This document shows, piece by piece, positions 60,895 to 64,000 of a stretch of DNA of 64,000 nt. The notes below the pieces were generated by a model that saw only the letters and a list, made by a program, of their open reading frames with translations, was not told where the DNA came from and did not search any database. The position numbers were made by a program, and so were the translations under genes. Source of the stretch: Somniosus microcephalus (lineage: Eukaryota); contig CM126208.1 of assembly GCA_052327205.1 (NCBI GenBank), forward strand, positions 96,658,001 to 96,722,000, in the 5' to 3' direction. Every line of letters starts with the position of its first letter. Positions within the stretch are counted from its first letter, which is position 1.

Positions 60895-61058
60895 TGTAGT
60901 GGAGTGCCATTTATTCAGTCCTGACTCTGTGTCTCCTAGTACAGTACCTCAAGCATGGCCAAGATGGCGTCGGATCCCGCCCCCGGATATAACGTCAGCC
61001 GTCAACCAGCTGTCAATCAAAACCCGCTGTCTTTACGACAGCTACAGTTACCCGTACA
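60895..61058 (-). mobile_element. 3' LTR of a Gypsy element (about 164 bp)
   Basis: Minus strand TGTA...TACA termini, preceded by the polypurine tract GAAGGGGAAGA (61059-61069); AATAAA at 60910-60915. Confidence 0.7.
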
Positions 61059-61229
61059 TCTTCCCCTTCAATGAAGACATAACACAGTAACAACATAACA
61101 CATAGAACATTTGTTAACATCATATAGAAACAGTCAGTGTAACTACACCATTGAACTAATTGCAGGTAGGTATAAACCTTACCCACACCCAGGAGTCCAT
61201 TAACTGTTTAGAGTCTTATCAATCCCTGT

Positions 61230-64000
61230 CTACAGGTCAAGTTTAACTACAGGCTTTCTGGTGTGCTGTGACCTGCGTGGCTGAACGGGTGTTTGCTGAA
61301 CCACCCCAGTTGTATCCCTTAAGTTCATGTCTGTACCACACAGGTCCCTTGTCACATTATCACTACTGTGTCCTTCGTCACTTTGTGGCATTTCCCTCAT
61401 CTTGTCTCTTTGTGGCATTTCCCTCATCTCGTCATCCTCTCCGTCCTCCTGAAGCTGAAAGGTCTCTGTGGTTTTCAGTAGGTGCCTCCTGTTTCTGCTA
61501 AACACATTGCCGTTCTCTGTCATGACACTGTATGACCTGGGGGCGACCTGTTGTAGAACGGTGGCTCTTTTAGGCCATGACTCAGGCCCTTCAATGCGAA
61601 CTATATCTTTCTCCTGTAGAGGTACTAGTGTAGTGGCTGTGCGGTCATGAAGTGTTTTTTGTTTCTGTTGTAGTTTCCAAGCCTTGTCTGCCCACACCTC
61701 ATCTCTGTGGTCAGGTGTGACATAACTGGGAAGTCGTGTACGGATTTTCCGACCCAGTAAGAGCTCAGCTGGAGACTTGCCACTTGCTAGTGGGCCCACC
61801 CTGTACAACATCAGGGCCAGATATGGGTCAGTGTTGCTGTGTGCTGCTTTCTTTAATAGTCTTTTCACAATCTGTACCCCCTTCTCCGCTTTTCCATTAG
61901 CCTGAGGATAGAGCGGACTGGAGGTTACATGATTAAACTCATACTCTGAAGCAAATGACTGAAACTCATGACTGGCATAGGGAGGGCCATTATCAGAGAC
62001 CAGGGTTAGAGGGATGCCCTGCCTGGCAAAGATTGACTTCAGGTGAGTTATCATAGCTCTTGATGTGGTACTGGACAAGAGAGCCATCTCCGGATAATTG
62101 GAATAATAATCAATAACTAACAAATAGTCTTTTCCTTCATAGTGAAATATATCAGTTCCGACCTTTTCCCAAGGTTGTGATGGGAGCTTTGTGGTAATGA
62201 GGGGCTCTTTTGTTTGCTTGTAGTGATACTCCTGACATGTAGCACACTCGCTGATCAACTGGTCAATATCAGAGTTCATGTTTGGCCAGTAGAGTGCCTC
62301 ACGTGCTCTCCTTTTTGACTTTTCTGCACCCAGGTGCCCTTCATGTATCCTGTTGAGCATTTCTCGTCGCATAGAGGTGGGCACTACTATCCTGTCACAC
62401 TTAAGCAGTAGTCCATTGACCACAGAGAGCTCAGACTGAATGTGATAATATTGTTTACATAACCCTTTCTTCCAGCCCTCTTGAAGATTTCTCATTACTT
62501 TACTCAGGACTGGGTCCTTTGATGTCTCTGTGACTATCACTGATAGTTGTTCCTGTGTGGCGGGCAATGCTGCATAGACCATATCCACATGAAGAGCCAC
62601 ATCCTCTTCTGATTCACTGTTTTGTGTGGCGTAAGGCGCAGCCCTGGATAGTGTGTCTGCAATGAACATTTGTCTCCCTGGCACATATGTTAGCTCAAAA
62701 TCGTAACGTTGAAGTCTCATCATTAGGCGTTGTATCCGTGGTGACATGTCACACAGATTATTCTTTGCGATCCCTAGCAGTGGCTTATGGTCCGTTTCTA
62801 GGATAACCTTGGGAAGACCATAGATGTAGGTATGAAATTTTTCACACCCAAATGCCAAGCCAAGGCACTCCTTCTCGATTTGCGCGTACCAGCACTCTGT
62901 AGCCGTCATGGAGCGTGACGCATACGCCACTGGTCGCCATTCTCCTTCATCTTCCTGTAGAAGGACAGCCCCATATCCATTCTTAGAGGCATCTGTGGAC
63001 ACTTTTGTCCTCTTTTTAGGGCAGAAGAACTTCAGTAGGGGTTCACTTGCTAGAATGTGTAGCAGCCCCTTCCATTCTCTCTCATGTTCATGTCCCCATT
63101 GGAACTCTGTCTCTTGGTGCAGCAGTTTTCTCAGATGAACAGTTTTCACTGCTAGATTTGGAATGAATTTTCCTAGGTAGTTAACCATGCCAAGGGCCCA
63201 CTGAACCCCTTTCTTGTCCTTTGGTTTCTCCATGTCATGTACAGCCTTTACCTTTGACTTGTCTGGCTGAATCCCCTCTGTAGAGATCTTGTCCCCGAGG
63301 AATGTGATTTCATTGACACTGAACTGACATTTGTCTTTATTTAGTTTGAGTCCATACTGCTGTATTCTCTGAAGTGTTTTCTCCAGTCTGGTGTCGTGCT
63401 CTCCCTGAGTGGAGCCCCATACTACCAGATCATCCACGTACACCCACACTCCCTCCAGGCCCTCGATGATTTGCTCCATTGCTCTGTGAAAGATTTCTGG
63501 GGCGGAGCTAATACCAAAGGGCAGATGCTGGTAGGAGTATCAACCAAACGGGGTGTTAAAAGTGCACAGCTTAGCACTTTCTTCATCAAGTTTCAACTGC
63601 CAGAAACCATGCGAGGCGTCCATCTTGGAGAAGACTTTCGCTTCTGTCATTTCGCTGACTAGTTCCTCTCTCTTTGGAATTTGGTAGTGCTCTCTTTTGA
63701 TATTGGCGTTAAGGTCCTTGGGATCCATGCAGACACGCAATTTATCAGTTTTCTTTGAATTGACGCAGACCATGGAATTTACCCAGTCAGTCGGTTCCTC
63801 AATCTTCTTTATGACAGCTAGTCCCTCCATGCGGTCTAGCTCATTCCTCAGTTTTTCACGGAGAGCCACTGGAGCTCTCCTGTGTGCGTGAATCACAGGT
63901 TGTGCATCCTCTCTCAGTTTGATGGAGTATGTAAAGGGCAGTGCTCCGAAACCCTGAAATACATCTGCATATTTGTGTGCTATAGTCTCATGAGTCAGAT
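61230..64000 (-). mobile_element. Ty3/Gypsy LTR retrotransposon pol (RT-RNase H-integrase); runs off the window; one in-frame stop
   Basis: FNTPFG*YSYQHLPFGISSAPEIF, YVDD, TDAS..GAVLLQ, YAQIEKE, TDHKPL, HEGH..CATC, SDNGP, NGKAEKGV. Confidence 0.96.

Noticed and set aside
61380-61432. 27-bp direct repeat in the Gypsy integrase tail
   Set aside because: Ordinary in-frame slippage in a low-constraint C-terminal linker.

Overview
Vertebrate genomic DNA, most likely a cartilaginous fish: it carries HE1-type V-SINE, Deu-type SINEs, CR1, L2, RTE, Penelope and GC-rich Harbinger-type MITEs. N-gaps fall within 9.7-18 kb. Two complete spliced genes sit head-to-head with only 137 bp between their start codons: CHMP4C on the minus strand (5 coding exons, 43889->8296, 222 aa) and ZFAND1 on the plus strand (8 coding exons, 44027->55144, about 267 aa). 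I reconstructed both by hand from splice sites and phases; most exons are missed by the ORF track. Notable observations: (1) a SINE fragment apparently inserted inside ZFAND1 exon 6 and rescued by a new in-frame acceptor; (2) a GC-AG intron and a tandemly duplicated splice donor in ZFAND1; (3) a 9.6-kb head-to-tail Helitron dimer that carries a LINE fragment and fills CHMP4C intron 4; (4) two Penelope-type minimal hammerhead ribozyme motifs, one inside a perfect 80-bp-arm palindrome; (5) a 24-bp minisatellite in frame with CHMP4C exon 1; (6) an unexplained, strongly foldable 297-nt insert at the left end; (7) a near-intact Gypsy pol with a very short LTR at the right end. Repeat boundaries are approximate unless a TSD or terminus is quoted. 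Family names come from recognised motifs, not database searches.
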